DNA of 64,000 nt from Cellvibrionales bacterium UBA7375. GTDB lineage: Bacteria; Pseudomonadota; Gammaproteobacteria; Pseudomonadales; Porticoccaceae. The stretch covers positions 51,256 through 115,255 of the forward strand of contig CATAJQ010000029.1 in the NCBI GenBank assembly GCA_949487135.1, in the 5' to 3' direction. The position numbers were made by a program, and so were the translations under genes. The notes below the pieces were generated by a model that was not told the DNA's origin, made no database searches, and worked only from the letters and a program-made list of their open reading frames with translations. Positions 10,652 to 21,175 of the stretch are shown one piece after another (positions within the stretch are counted from its first letter, which is position 1; each line of letters begins with the position of its first letter).

Positions 10652-12100
10652 ATGAACGAAGCACTTTTTGCTGAGCCTACAATAAGCCAACCCCTGCCGC
10701 ACTCTCTTGAAGCGGAGCAGGCGGTGCTGGGTGGGCTAATGTTAAAGAATGAGGCCTTTGATTCTGTTGCTGAAGTTCTTGGTGAAAATGATTTTTTTGG
10801 GGCAGATCATCGCTCTATATTCAATGCTATGGTCGGTTTGGCCTCAGAGGGGCAACCGTTTGATCCGATAACACTCACTGAGCACCTGCAAAATTCTAAT
10901 GAGCTAGGCGCAGTAGGTGGTGCAGAGTATCTGGTCGACTTGGCGCAAAACACACCTAGTTCAGCCAATGTAAAAGCTTACACCCAGATTGTTTTAGAGC
11001 GCTCAATTGTTAGGCAGTTGATTACAGCATCTAGTGAAATTGTGCGAAAAAGCTACAATCCAGTGGGCTGGGATAGCGGTAAGCTACTAGCTGAGGCCGA
11101 AGCTAGACTGCAAGAAATTATTGAAAATCGACCTAAACAGGGCGGTTTTAAAGACGTAAATAATCTTATTAAAGATGCAGTAGCTCGCCTAGACGAACTC
11201 TTTAAAAATGATGCCGATATTACTGGTTTAAGCACTGGTTTTACCGACTTAGACAATATGACCTCTGGCTGGCAAAAGTCAGATTTAATTATTGTTGCCG
11301 GCCGTCCATCTATGGGTAAAACCTCATTTGCCATGAATATGGTTGAGCATGCTACTCTGCATCAGGATCGACCGGTATTGGTTTTCTCCCTAGAGATGCC
11401 CGCCAGTCAGTTAATAACTAGAATGCTTTCTTCAATGGGCAAGATAGACCAAACCAGAATGCGCTCTGGTAATCTTCAAGAAGACGATTGGCCGCGCCTT
11501 AGCAGTGCCGCTCAAAGATTAAAAGACCGACCATTATTTATTGATGATTCTGCCGGTATTACACCATTGGAAATACGCGCAAGGATTAAACAATTCACTC
11601 GCGAACGCGTTGAGCAGCTACGACAGCAGTGGCATAAAGAGCATGGTTCAGATTCACAGCCAGATAACGACGAAATCTACAAGCAAGCCCAACCTGGGCT
11701 TATTATGGTCGATTATCTTCAGTTGATGAGCGGTAGTAACGCCACAGAGGGCAGGGTTCAAGAAATTTCGCAAATTTCGCGAGAGCTTAAGGGGCTAGCA
11801 AGAGAATATGAATGCCCAATGCTAGCACTGTCGCAGTTAAGTCGAAATGTAGAGCAACGACCCAATAAACGCCCAGTCAATGCAGATTTGCGTGAATCTG
11901 GTGCTATTGAGCAAGACGCCGATGTTATTGCCTTTATCTACCGAGATGAGGTGTATAACGAAGACAGTCCTGACAAGGGCACTGCAGAAATTATCTTAGG
12001 GAAGCAGCGTAATGGTCCTATAGGTACCTGTCGTCTTACGTTTATGGGTAAATACACACGATTCGAAAATCTTGCTGTTGATAATTTCGTTGAATACTGA
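10652..12100 (+). CDS. dnaB: Replicative DNA helicase
   Basis: PHSLEAEQAVLG, Walker A GRPSMGKT, DYLQLM and DLRESGAIEQDAD; carries an internal insertion (see findings). Confidence 0.98.
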   Translation: MNEALFAEPTISQPLPHSLEAEQAVLGGLMLKNEAFDSVAEVLGENDFFGADHRSIFNAMVGLASEGQPFDPITLTEHLQNSNELGAVGGAEYLVDLAQNTPSSANVKAYTQIVLERSIVRQLITASSEIVRKSYNPVGWDSGKLLAEAEARLQEIIENRPKQGGFKDVNNLIKDAVARLDELFKNDADITGLSTGFTDLDNMTSGWQKSDLIIVAGRPSMGKTSFAMNMVEHATLHQDRPVLVFSLEMPASQLITRMLSSMGKIDQTRMRSGNLQEDDWPRLSSAAQRLKDRPLFIDDSAGITPLEIRARIKQFTRERVEQLRQQWHKEHGSDSQPDNDEIYKQAQPGLIMVDYLQLMSGSNATEGRVQEISQISRELKGLAREYECPMLALSQLSRNVEQRPNKRPVNADLRESGAIEQDADVIAFIYRDEVYNEDSPDKGTAEIILGKQRNGPIGTCRLTFMGKYTRFENLAVDNFVEY

Positions 12101-12134
12101 GTTAAGCGCAACACTTAGCTGTTAAAAATAGGGG

Positions 12135-12992
12135 ATGGCAATGCAGGTATTCCATACAGTAAATGGGCTCAGAGAAATACTGCGAAAACATCGCAATAGT
12201 GGTCAAAAGATCGGTTTTGTTCCCACCATGGGCAATCTGCACGATGGTCACCTAGCCCTGATTAAACAGGCCAAACAAACCAATGATATTGTGGTTTGCT
12301 CTATTTTTGTCAATGCACTGCAGTTCGGTCTAAATGAAGATTGGGACAAATACCCACGCACCTATGATTCAGATTGTGAAAAGCTCGATCAAGAGGACTG
12401 TGACTACCTTTTTTACCCCGAAGATAGTGAAATGTACCCCAATGGACTCGATACTCAGAGTCGGGTTATCTGCCCAACTATGACTGATGTACTCTGTGGT
12501 GCTAGCCGACCGGGACATTTTGAGGGCGTTACCACTGTAGTGAGCAAGCTATTTAATATAGTACAGCCTGATGAAGCTATTTTTGGGATTAAAGATTATC
12601 AACAATTAGCTGTTATTAAGCGTATGACCGAGGATCTGTGTCTGCCAGTAAAGATAATTTCTGCGCCTATTCACCGAGAAGCAGATGGTCTGGCGATGAG
12701 CTCAAGAAATAGCTATATCAACGAAGATGAGCGTCCCAAAGTTAAAGTCTTAAAACAAGCACTAGAGTTGATCGCTGAACAGATTAAAGCGGGTGACTTA
12801 GAATTTACTCAATTAGAAATGGAAGCAAAAAAGCGTATCGAGTCTGAAGGTTTCAAGGCGGATTACGTCACCATAAGTAACCGTAAAACATTGGAACCAG
12901 CAGCAGTCGATGATCGCGAGATAACGATACTAGGTGCTATGTATACAGCCTCGGCGCGCTTAATTGATAACATAAGCATTAATTTAGATTAA
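12135..12992 (+). CDS. panC: Pantoate--beta-alanine ligase
   Basis: [29 protein letters not shown] and GLAMSSRN motifs. Confidence 0.95.
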   Translation: MAMQVFHTVNGLREILRKHRNSGQKIGFVPTMGNLHDGHLALIKQAKQTNDIVVCSIFVNALQFGLNEDWDKYPRTYDSDCEKLDQEDCDYLFYPEDSEMYPNGLDTQSRVICPTMTDVLCGASRPGHFEGVTTVVSKLFNIVQPDEAIFGIKDYQQLAVIKRMTEDLCLPVKIISAPIHREADGLAMSSRNSYINEDERPKVKVLKQALELIAEQIKAGDLEFTQLEMEAKKRIESEGFKADYVTISNRKTLEPAAVDDREITILGAMYTASARLIDNISINLD

Positions 12993-13066
12993 TTCTGCCA
13001 TCAATTTTTCGCAAACAATATTCTCTCTTGGTATAATGTTTATAACAATGAAATTAGGACGTTGCT

Positions 13067-13450
13067 GTGTTATCAGCCTTTTTAAAAGCTAAATTACATA
13101 TGGCATGCGTTACCCAAGCAGAGCTTTGGTATGACGGTTCATGCGCTATTGATGCAGATTTACTCAAACTTGCAGGCATGCAAGAGTTTGAACAAATCGA
13201 TATCTATAATGTCGACAATGGTGAGCGTTTTACTACCTATATTATTTCGGCTGAAGCGGGTTCAGGTACTATTTCTATCAATGGTGCTGCAGCGCGACTG
13301 TGTCAGGTAGGCGATCGCATTATTATTGCGACCTATGGTCAGTTTAATGAGCAGGAAGCAGCAGAGCATAAGCCAAAACTCGTCTATCTCAATGAAGATA
13401 ACAGTGTCGAGCGTACCGCCAACACCATTCCAGTGCAGCTAGCTGGTTAA
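13067..13450 (+). CDS. panD: Aspartate 1-decarboxylase proenzyme
   Basis: KLH...YDGSCAID (Gly-Ser autocleavage site), NGERFTTY and INGAAAR; own extended -10 element TGGTATAAT at 13029-13037. Confidence 0.96.
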   Translation: MLSAFLKAKLHMACVTQAELWYDGSCAIDADLLKLAGMQEFEQIDIYNVDNGERFTTYIISAEAGSGTISINGAAARLCQVGDRIIIATYGQFNEQEAAEHKPKLVYLNEDNSVERTANTIPVQLAG

Positions 13451-13478
13451 TTTTTAAGCAAATTTATTGCGGTTTTAG

Positions 13479-13506
13479 TTGACTACTGGAAAAAAAGTGG
13501 TAAATT
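13479..13506 (+). promoter_or_regulatory. Putative sigma70 promoter of the ilvIHC operon
   Basis: TTGACT (13479-13484), 16-bp spacer, TAAATT (13501-13506). Confidence 0.55.
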
Positions 13507-13549
13507 AGCCGCGAATTGACTCGTATTGAGTTAAATTTTAAGTCCAAGT

Positions 13550-13737
13550 ACCAGACAGGTGTAACCCATACCGCTGGTCATCATAAGTGATGGAGCTATT
13601 ACCCATAGCCCCTACGAACGGTCAAAACACTTACCGGTTTGACTGTAACTAGCTGCGTTTAGCGGCGTCCCTATTGATGTTTCAGCCTAGTCACTACTGG
13701 GAAAGGTTCTTTTTGCTCTTAGTTTTAAGTCTAAGAG
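13550..13737 (+). ncRNA. Structured 5' leader of the acetolactate synthase operon; candidate ilvB-OMG-type cis-regulatory RNA
   Basis: Seven consecutive stems are readable by eye: 13550-13578, 13579-13592, 13595-13609, 13619-13645, 13652-13666, 13686-13701 and 13716-13737. Family assignment rests on context (upstream of ilvB/ilvI in an OMG-like genome), not on a covariance search. Confidence 0.55.
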
Positions 13738-13759
13738 ATAAGTATTTAGAGGACAGATT

Positions 13760-15496
13760 ATGGAACATTTATCCGGCGGTGAAATCGTTATTCGCGCCTT
13801 GAAAGATGCAGGTGTTAAACATGTTTGGGGTTACCCAGGCGGTGCTGCACTGCATATCTATGATGCACTTTATAGACAAGAAGATGTTGAGCATCTCTTA
13901 GTTCGCCATGAACAGGCGGCAGTGCATGCGGCGGACGGATTCTCAAGGTCAACCGGTGAGGTAGGCACAGCCCTAGTAACCTCAGGCCCCGGTGCAACCA
14001 ATGCTATTACTGGTATTGCTACAGCCTATATGGATTCAATTCCCTTGGTTGTTATATCAGGTCAGGTTCCAAAAGCTAAAATTGGTCAAGACGCCTTTCA
14101 GGAAACTGATATGGTGGGTGTTTCTCGTCCCATCGTAAAACATAGCTTCTTGGTTACAAGAGCCGAAGATATAGCTGAAACTATTGCCAAAGCCTATTAC
14201 ATTGCCTCTACAGGTAGACCTGGCCCAGTGGTAGTCGATATCCCTAAGGATGTTACAGAGCCCAGCTACAAGGTACCCTATGAGTGGCCGTCATCGGTTA
14301 AGATGCGTTCCTATCAGCCAACCAATAAAGGACATCGCGGGCAGGTTAAGCGCGCGGTTAAGTCCCTTTTGTCAGCCAAACAACCGGTTATATATTCCGG
14401 TGGTGGGGTTATTTTAGATGATGCCTCAGAGCAATTGGTTAAATTAGCTCAGCGCCTTAATTATCCAGTGACCAATACTCTTATGGGTCTGGGAGCCTAT
14501 CCGGCAACCGATCGTCAATTTATTGGTATGTTAGGTATGCATGGCACTTTTGAGGCTAATACCGCAATGCATGAAGCGGATGTTATCTTTGCTGTAGGAG
14601 CACGTTTTGATGATCGAGTAACTAATGATCTAAATAAATTTTGCCCCAATGCGACAATTATTCATATTGATGTTGACCCAACGTCAATATCAAAAAACAT
14701 TAATGCCCATATTCCGGTTGTTGGCACCTGTACCTCTGTGCTTAATGAAATGCTTAGCATTGCCGATGAATTAGCAACCGAGCCCGATACTAAGGCGATT
14801 GACGCTTGGTGGGCCAAGATTGATCAATGGCGTGCGGACAAGGGCATATATACAGCAAGCCGTTACGAGCCAAGTTCTGGTGATGTGATTAAGCCTCAAG
14901 ATGTTATTAAGGTTCTGTATAAAGAAACCAAGGGCGATGCATTTATCACCTCTGATGTTGGCCAGCACCAGATGTTTGCCGCGCAGTATTATCTGTTTGA
15001 TAAGCCGCGCCGCTGGATAAATTCTGGTGGTTTGGGAACCATGGGCTTCGGACTGCCGGCGGCAATGGGTGTTCAGCTAGCTCATCCAGAGGCACAGGTT
15101 GCCTGTGTAACCGGTGAAGGCAGTATCCAGATGTGTATTCAGGAGCTATCAACCTGTAGCCAATATAATTTGCCGGTTAAAATCATTAGCCTAAATAATT
15201 CGGCACTGGGTATGGTTCGCCAATGGCAGGATATGAACTACAGCAGTCGCTATTCTCAGAGCCTTTATGAGGACTCTTTGCCCGACTTCGTTGCCTTGGC
15301 AGAAGCCTATGGTCACGTGGGTATAAAAGTAACCCGCTATGAGGATCTTGAAGAGAAAATGCGCGAATGCTTTGCCTTAAAGGATCGCGTGGTATTTATG
15401 GATATCGTTGTCGATAAATCTGAGCATGTATATCCCATGCAGATACCGGGTGGCTCAATGGGCGACCTGTATTTGAATAAAGCGGAGAAAAACTAA
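13760..15496 (+). CDS. ilvI: Acetolactate synthase large subunit
   Basis: [32 protein letters not shown] and SGGLGTMG motifs. Confidence 0.96.
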   Translation: MEHLSGGEIVIRALKDAGVKHVWGYPGGAALHIYDALYRQEDVEHLLVRHEQAAVHAADGFSRSTGEVGTALVTSGPGATNAITGIATAYMDSIPLVVISGQVPKAKIGQDAFQETDMVGVSRPIVKHSFLVTRAEDIAETIAKAYYIASTGRPGPVVVDIPKDVTEPSYKVPYEWPSSVKMRSYQPTNKGHRGQVKRAVKSLLSAKQPVIYSGGGVILDDASEQLVKLAQRLNYPVTNTLMGLGAYPATDRQFIGMLGMHGTFEANTAMHEADVIFAVGARFDDRVTNDLNKFCPNATIIHIDVDPTSISKNINAHIPVVGTCTSVLNEMLSIADELATEPDTKAIDAWWAKIDQWRADKGIYTASRYEPSSGDVIKPQDVIKVLYKETKGDAFITSDVGQHQMFAAQYYLFDKPRRWINSGGLGTMGFGLPAAMGVQLAHPEAQVACVTGEGSIQMCIQELSTCSQYNLPVKIISLNNSALGMVRQWQDMNYSSRYSQSLYEDSLPDFVALAEAYGHVGIKVTRYEDLEEKMRECFALKDRVVFMDIVVDKSEHVYPMQIPGGSMGDLYLNKAEKN

Positions 15497-15990
15497 TGAA
15501 ACGCATAATTTCTATATTACTGGAAAATGAATCTGGTGCGCTTTCAAGAGTAGTCGGGTTATTCGCCCAAAGAGGTTATAATATAGACACTTTGACCGTT
15601 GCACCGACTGATGATGATACGCTTTCGCGATTGACACTCACCACTCAGGGTGACGATCAGATGGCGGAGCAGATTGTGAAACAGCTCCACAAGTTAATCG
15701 ATACCATCAAGGTAGTTGATTTAACCGTGGGCTCGCATATTGAGCGTGAACTGATGCTGGTAAAATTAAAAGCATCAGATCCTGAAATTCGCGCTGAATT
15801 AAAGAGCTGTGTGGAGATATTTAGAGGCCATGTTGTTGATGTTACAGCCTCGACCTATACGGTGCAGCTCACTGGCGACAGTGATAAATTAGATGCATTT
15901 ATCGATGCTGTTAGAGAAATCGGCATTATGGAAGTCGTTCGAAGTGGTGTTTCTGGCATCTCTCGTGGCGATAAATTTTTACGTGTATAA
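15496..15990 (+). CDS. ilvH: Acetolactate synthase small (regulatory) subunit
   Basis: ACT domain LENESGALSRVVGLFAQRGYNI; ERELMLVK motif. Confidence 0.96.
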   Translation: MKRIISILLENESGALSRVVGLFAQRGYNIDTLTVAPTDDDTLSRLTLTTQGDDQMAEQIVKQLHKLIDTIKVVDLTVGSHIERELMLVKLKASDPEIRAELKSCVEIFRGHVVDVTASTYTVQLTGDSDKLDAFIDAVREIGIMEVVRSGVSGISRGDKFLRV

Positions 15991-16001
15991 CTATTAACTA
16001 G

Positions 16002-17027
<1,026 letters not shown>

Positions 17028-17053
17028 TTAAAAAGTGTCATTTGATTAATTGT

Positions 17054-17084
17054 AAACGGCCCATTATTGGGCCGTTTCACTTTT
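17054..17084 (+). terminator. Terminator hairpin after ilvC
   Basis: Perfect 10-bp stem AAACGGCCCA-ttat-TGGGCCGTTT followed by cactttt. Confidence 0.75.
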
Positions 17085-17132
17085 ACGGCATGAATACCCT
17101 ATAATTAGCCTAATCAATTTGAGTATATAGCT

Positions 17133-17906
17133 ATGAATAACGCGGATAATTCTGAAAAAATTGTTGAAATTGATAGTTTTTCAGAAGCTAAATCTGGCGA
17201 CAAAAGTCGACCGGGAAAAGGCATTTATTTGTTGCCTAACCTGCTGACAACTGGCGCACTTTTTGGCGGTTTTTATGCAGTCTTGTCTGGCTTCAGTGGT
17301 AGTTACGAATTAGCTGCTATTGCGATTTTTGTGGCTATGGTATTTGATGGTTTAGACGGTCGTGTCGCCCGTATGACCAATACTCAGAGTGATTTTGGTG
17401 TTCAATATGATAGTCTATCCGATATGGTGTCATTTGGTATTGCGCCAGCTATAGTTATTTATGGTTGGGGTTTGACGGGTCTAGGCAAGGTCGGAATTGC
17501 CGCGGCATTTGTCTATGCCTCCTGTGCAGCACTTAGACTAGCTCGGTTTAATGTTCAATCTACCCTAAGCAACAGTAAACTATTTATTGGCCTGCCAAGT
17601 CCAGCGGCTGCCGCTCTTATAGCTGGTTTTGTATGGTCAGCCCATTCAGTAGATCCCTCAATGTTTGTGTCTGGTTTTACCGCACTATTAACGGCTGTTG
17701 CCGGTCTGCTTATGGTGTCTAATTTCAAGTATCCCAGTTTTAAGCAAATAGATCTTCGAGGCAAGGTTCCATTTGTGGTTATTCTGTCTATTGTGATGGC
17801 CTTTGTAGTGATCACTATAGACCCTCCACGAATACTATTCTTATTGTCACTAGGCTATGCTCTGTATGCTCCAGCAAGATTTTTTTGGTCAAAAATTTAC
17901 CCTTAA
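17133..17906 (+). CDS. pssA: CDP-diacylglycerol--serine O-phosphatidyltransferase
   Basis: KGIYLLPNLLT, DGLDGRVARMTNTQSDFGVQYDSLSD and ALRLARFN; usual position after ilvC. Confidence 0.93.
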   Translation: MNNADNSEKIVEIDSFSEAKSGDKSRPGKGIYLLPNLLTTGALFGGFYAVLSGFSGSYELAAIAIFVAMVFDGLDGRVARMTNTQSDFGVQYDSLSDMVSFGIAPAIVIYGWGLTGLGKVGIAAAFVYASCAALRLARFNVQSTLSNSKLFIGLPSPAAAALIAGFVWSAHSVDPSMFVSGFTALLTAVAGLLMVSNFKYPSFKQIDLRGKVPFVVILSIVMAFVVITIDPPRILFLLSLGYALYAPARFFWSKIYP

Positions 17907-17913
17907 TGGGTGG

Positions 17914-18027
17914 TTATTTTTTAAGAATTGATGGCCTAATCATAATCATCACTTCATAGTCAGATTGACGTTCTTTTTTCTGCCCAAATAACCAGCCAAG
18001 CAAGGGCAGCTTTTGTAACCGCGTTCT
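17914..18027 (-). pseudogene. Relic C-terminal fragment resembling a secretin (GspD/PilQ/RcpA/MshL family)
   Basis: Minus-strand frame reads RTRLQKLPLLGWLFGQKKERQSDYEVMIMIRPSILKK*, matching the secretin end pattern PLLGxLF-x8-E[LV]xIxIxPxI[IL]. It has no start codon, and an in-frame TGA lies at 18028-18030. Confidence 0.6.
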
Positions 18028-18129
18028 TCATATTAGTTTAGTTTTAAAAATCTGCAACAATATGGTTTTTGTTGAATTTATTAACTCCGATGACTCGATT
18101 TTTTTATCTTTGTTTGCTATTGTTAAAAA

Positions 18130-18216
18130 ATGGTTACTCAGAGTTACTCTAAAAATATACAAACACAACAAGCGCCCGTTAGCTTAGTTGTTGCCCTTGC
18201 TCGCCTCCTGCCCTGA
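18130..18216 (+). CDS. Putative leader peptide upstream of leuA (28 aa, MVTQSYSKNIQTQQAPVSLVVALARLLP)
   Basis: The last 12 codons hold 4 Leu and 3 Val. The stop lies inside a GCCC-tgag-GGGC hairpin. An extended -10 element TGcTATTGT (18115-18123) would place the transcription start near the ATG. Confidence 0.5.
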   Translation: MVTQSYSKNIQTQQAPVSLVVALARLLP

Positions 18217-18359
18217 GGGGCTTCTAACTGTTTTACCTCATTAAATCTCGTTTATGCTCTAATAGTTGAACTATAGAGCGGAATTCTATCCCTTTATGGG
18301 AAAATAAGTTTTACAATACTGTTATTCTTTACTGATAGCAGTGGATCAGGAATATAATC

Positions 18360-19907
18360 ATGGATTCAAAAGATAATTTAGTTATTTTTGATACGACCTT
18401 GCGCGATGGTGAGCAAAGCCCAGGCGCATCGATGACCAAAGATGAAAAAGTGCGAATTGCCAAGGCTCTTGAAAAGCTTCGGGTTGATGTTATCGAGGCG
18501 GGTTTTGCCGTGTCCAGTCAGGGTGACTTCGACGCAGTACAGGCCATTGCAAATACCATTAAAGAGAGCCGCATATGTAGCCTTTCCCGCGCGGTTAAGG
18601 GAGATATAGAGGCAGCTGCACAGGCGCTTAAAGGCGCCGAGGCGGGGCGAATTCACACCTTTATTGCCACCTCGCCCATACATATGAAATACAAGCTGCA
18701 AATGGAGCCAGATCAGGTATTGGATCAGGCAATATCAGCTGTAAAGTTGGCTCGTGGTTTAATTGATGATGTAGAGTTCTCCCTAGAGGATGCTAGCCGC
18801 ACCGAATTTGATTTTATGTGCCGTATTACCGAGGCAGTGATTGCCGCCGGTGCTCAAACAATCAATTTCCCCGATACGGTAGGCTATACAGACCCGGGTG
18901 AATATGGCGCAATGATAGAGCGACTATTAAACACCGTGCCCAACGCCGATCAGGCCATTTTTTCCGTGCACTGCCACAATGATTTGGGTCTTGCAGTAGC
19001 CAATAGCTTAGGGGCGGTTAAGGCCGGTGCGAGGCAGGTGGAATGTACCATTAATGGCTTAGGAGAGAGGGCGGGTAATGCTTCGCTTGAAGAGCTAGTG
19101 ATGGCGATTCGCACACGCAAAGATATCTTCCCCGTGCAAACTAGGATTGATACTACTCAGATTGTCTCTACATCACGACTAGTATCCTCTGTAACGGGAT
19201 TCCCTGTACAACCCAATAAAGCCATTGTTGGCGCTAATGCCTTTGCCCATGAGTCTGGTATTCATCAGGATGGTATTTTAAAGTTCCGAGAAACCTACGA
19301 AATTATGAAGGCTGAAGATGTTGGCTGGAGTACCAATAAATTATCTCTGGGCAAGTTGTCTGGGCGTGCGGCTTTTGCCTCTAGACTTGAAGAGTTGGGT
19401 ATAAGCTTTAACAGCAAAGACGACTTTAACCAAGCGTTTGCTCGATTTAAAGATTTAGCCGATAAAAAACGCGAGATCTTTGACGAAGATCTTCAGGCCT
19501 TGGTATCCGATGTTCAGATAGGTACCGAAGACGATGCTATTACGATTAAAAACTTAGAAGTTTTAAGTAAAAGCGGTCAATTGCCAACGGCTAAAATTTG
19601 CCTTAACTACAAGGAAAAAGATCACCAGTCTCAAGCCAGTGGAGATGGCGCAGTAGATGCTATTTTTAATGCCATTGAAAAGCTTATTAATAGTGAAACC
19701 AAGCTTCAGCTGTATTCGGTTAATGCGGTTACTGAGGGGACAGACTCTCAGGGTGAAGTGACTGTTAGGCTTGAAAAAGAGGGCCGTATTATTAATGGTC
19801 AGGGTGCTGATACCGATATTCTTTTGGCCAGTGCCAAAGCCTATGTCAATGCATTAACACTAATGCGTAATCCCGGCCGACTTCATCCGCAGTTAGGCGG
19901 TGTTTAG
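18360..19907 (+). CDS. leuA: 2-isopropylmalate synthase
   Basis: [34 protein letters not shown] and HESGIHQDG, plus a C-terminal regulatory domain. Confidence 0.97.
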   Translation: MDSKDNLVIFDTTLRDGEQSPGASMTKDEKVRIAKALEKLRVDVIEAGFAVSSQGDFDAVQAIANTIKESRICSLSRAVKGDIEAAAQALKGAEAGRIHTFIATSPIHMKYKLQMEPDQVLDQAISAVKLARGLIDDVEFSLEDASRTEFDFMCRITEAVIAAGAQTINFPDTVGYTDPGEYGAMIERLLNTVPNADQAIFSVHCHNDLGLAVANSLGAVKAGARQVECTINGLGERAGNASLEELVMAIRTRKDIFPVQTRIDTTQIVSTSRLVSSVTGFPVQPNKAIVGANAFAHESGIHQDGILKFRETYEIMKAEDVGWSTNKLSLGKLSGRAAFASRLEELGISFNSKDDFNQAFARFKDLADKKREIFDEDLQALVSDVQIGTEDDAITIKNLEVLSKSGQLPTAKICLNYKEKDHQSQASGDGAVDAIFNAIEKLINSETKLQLYSVNAVTEGTDSQGEVTVRLEKEGRIINGQGADTDILLASAKAYVNALTLMRNPGRLHPQLGGV

Positions 19908-20677
19908 TGGCGGACATTCAGGGATCATCAACTAAGCTACGCGACCACTATTTGCAAACTCTGGGTATTGTGCAATACGTACCCAGAGATTTTGTCCAAG
20001 AAGCGGTGGTTGATAGCTCAGTTGAAGAAAATCCTGTAGTCGAAAATAGTGCTATTACAAACCCAGTAGAATCAGCAGAAACAGAGTCTAGCCAGCAATC
20101 AACGATTGAAGCTTTATTGCATAATGATGCTGACAATAAAGATACTATTGTTGAAAAGGCAGCCATGGTGGCCAAATCATCAGATAAAATACAACATAAA
20201 ACGGATATATTAACGCTTCAATTTTTGTTTTGGCAGCCAACAGACGAATTGCTAATAGCGACGGCTGTTGATCATGAATTACCCGATAGTCAGCAACTAA
20301 AGCTTTTATCCAATATTGTTGCCGCGATAGATAATCAAGTTTCAGGTTTGCCTCAATTCGATAGCGTTAATTGGCCGCCTCATGCCAACATGCAGGGTGG
20401 CGACCAAGAGGCTAGAGATTTTTTGTCTACACTTATCAACTCAAAGTTAGCAGCAAAACCCATCAAGTTATTGATGCTGTTGGGTGAATCAGCTCAAGAC
20501 TGGCTGTTGTCGGCGGAGCAAAAGAACTCTGTCAGTGATGGCCTAGCGCCAATGAATTCAGGTGTTACTGCTCTTATTGTACCCAGCTTAGGCCAAATGC
20601 TAGGTCAGCCACAATCAAAGCGCCTACTATGGCAAGCTATCTGTCAGTATGTTGATCGCTTGAGTATTTCAAGCTAG
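19907..20677 (+). CDS. holD: Probable DNA polymerase III psi subunit, long Pseudomonas-type
   Basis: N-terminal LRDHYLQTLGIVQYVPR resembles the psi N-terminal clamp-loader-binding peptide. A low-complexity linker follows, then a C-terminal domain ending in PQSKRLLWQAI. It lies directly upstream of rimI, as holD does in E. coli and Pseudomonas. Confidence 0.6.
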   Translation: MADIQGSSTKLRDHYLQTLGIVQYVPRDFVQEAVVDSSVEENPVVENSAITNPVESAETESSQQSTIEALLHNDADNKDTIVEKAAMVAKSSDKIQHKTDILTLQFLFWQPTDELLIATAVDHELPDSQQLKLLSNIVAAIDNQVSGLPQFDSVNWPPHANMQGGDQEARDFLSTLINSKLAAKPIKLLMLLGESAQDWLLSAEQKNSVSDGLAPMNSGVTALIVPSLGQMLGQPQSKRLLWQAICQYVDRLSISS

Positions 20678-20680
20678 ATT

Positions 20681-21175
20681 ATGAGCCCTGCTATGGCCCT
20701 AAATATTGCTGTTGTCAACCAAGTCTTAAAGCGTTCTCAAGAATACAGTATTCGCCAAGCAGTTATTGAGGATCTAGCGCAAATAAGTGCGATAGAAAAT
20801 AATACTTCGTCCTACCCCTGTTCCTATCAGCAACTCCACGACTGTATTGAAAGCACCTATCTGTTGATAGGGGATAACAGATTACTGGGTTTTGCCGTTA
20901 TTGTGATGGTTGAAAAGCAGGCTGAACTTCACACTATAGCTATCGAACCACAGAAGCAGGGCAAAGGTCTAGGGAGTCTTTTTTTAACCGCCATAGTTGC
21001 CGGCTTGCCGACTGCAGTTGAGCAGTTTTACCTCGAAGTACGGGTCAGTAATTATCGAGCAATTAGGCTATATCATCAGTTGGGTTTTAACAAGATTGCA
21101 GAGCGCAAAGACTATTATCGCGATGGTTTAGGACGTGAAGATGCCATTGTAATGGCGAAACAATGCAAGCTGTGA
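20681..21175 (+). CDS. rimI: Ribosomal protein S18 alanine N-acetyltransferase
   Basis: GNAT motifs QGKGLG, LEVRVSNYRAIRLY and RKDYYR...REDAIVM. Confidence 0.9.
   Translation: MSPAMALNIAVVNQVLKRSQEYSIRQAVIEDLAQISAIENNTSSYPCSYQQLHDCIESTYLLIGDNRLLGFAVIVMVEKQAELHTIAIEPQKQGKGLGSLFLTAIVAGLPTAVEQFYLEVRVSNYRAIRLYHQLGFNKIAERKDYYRDGLGREDAIVMAKQCKL

Noticed and set aside
11606-11695. DnaB insertion as a mini-intein
   Set aside because: It is far too short, has no Cys/Ser start or His-Asn end, and is not at the known DnaB intein sites.
13516-13652. Two tandem uORFs in the ilvI leader (TTG 13516-13590; ATG 13590-13652, MELLPIAP...)
   Set aside because: Neither has an SD or an Ile/Leu/Val codon run, and both are of a length expected by chance. 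RNA structure explains the region better.
17960-18031. Minus-strand 23-aa ORF MKNAVTKAALAWLVIWAEKRTSI
   Set aside because: It overlaps the secretin-like relic in another frame and has no SD; most likely incidental.
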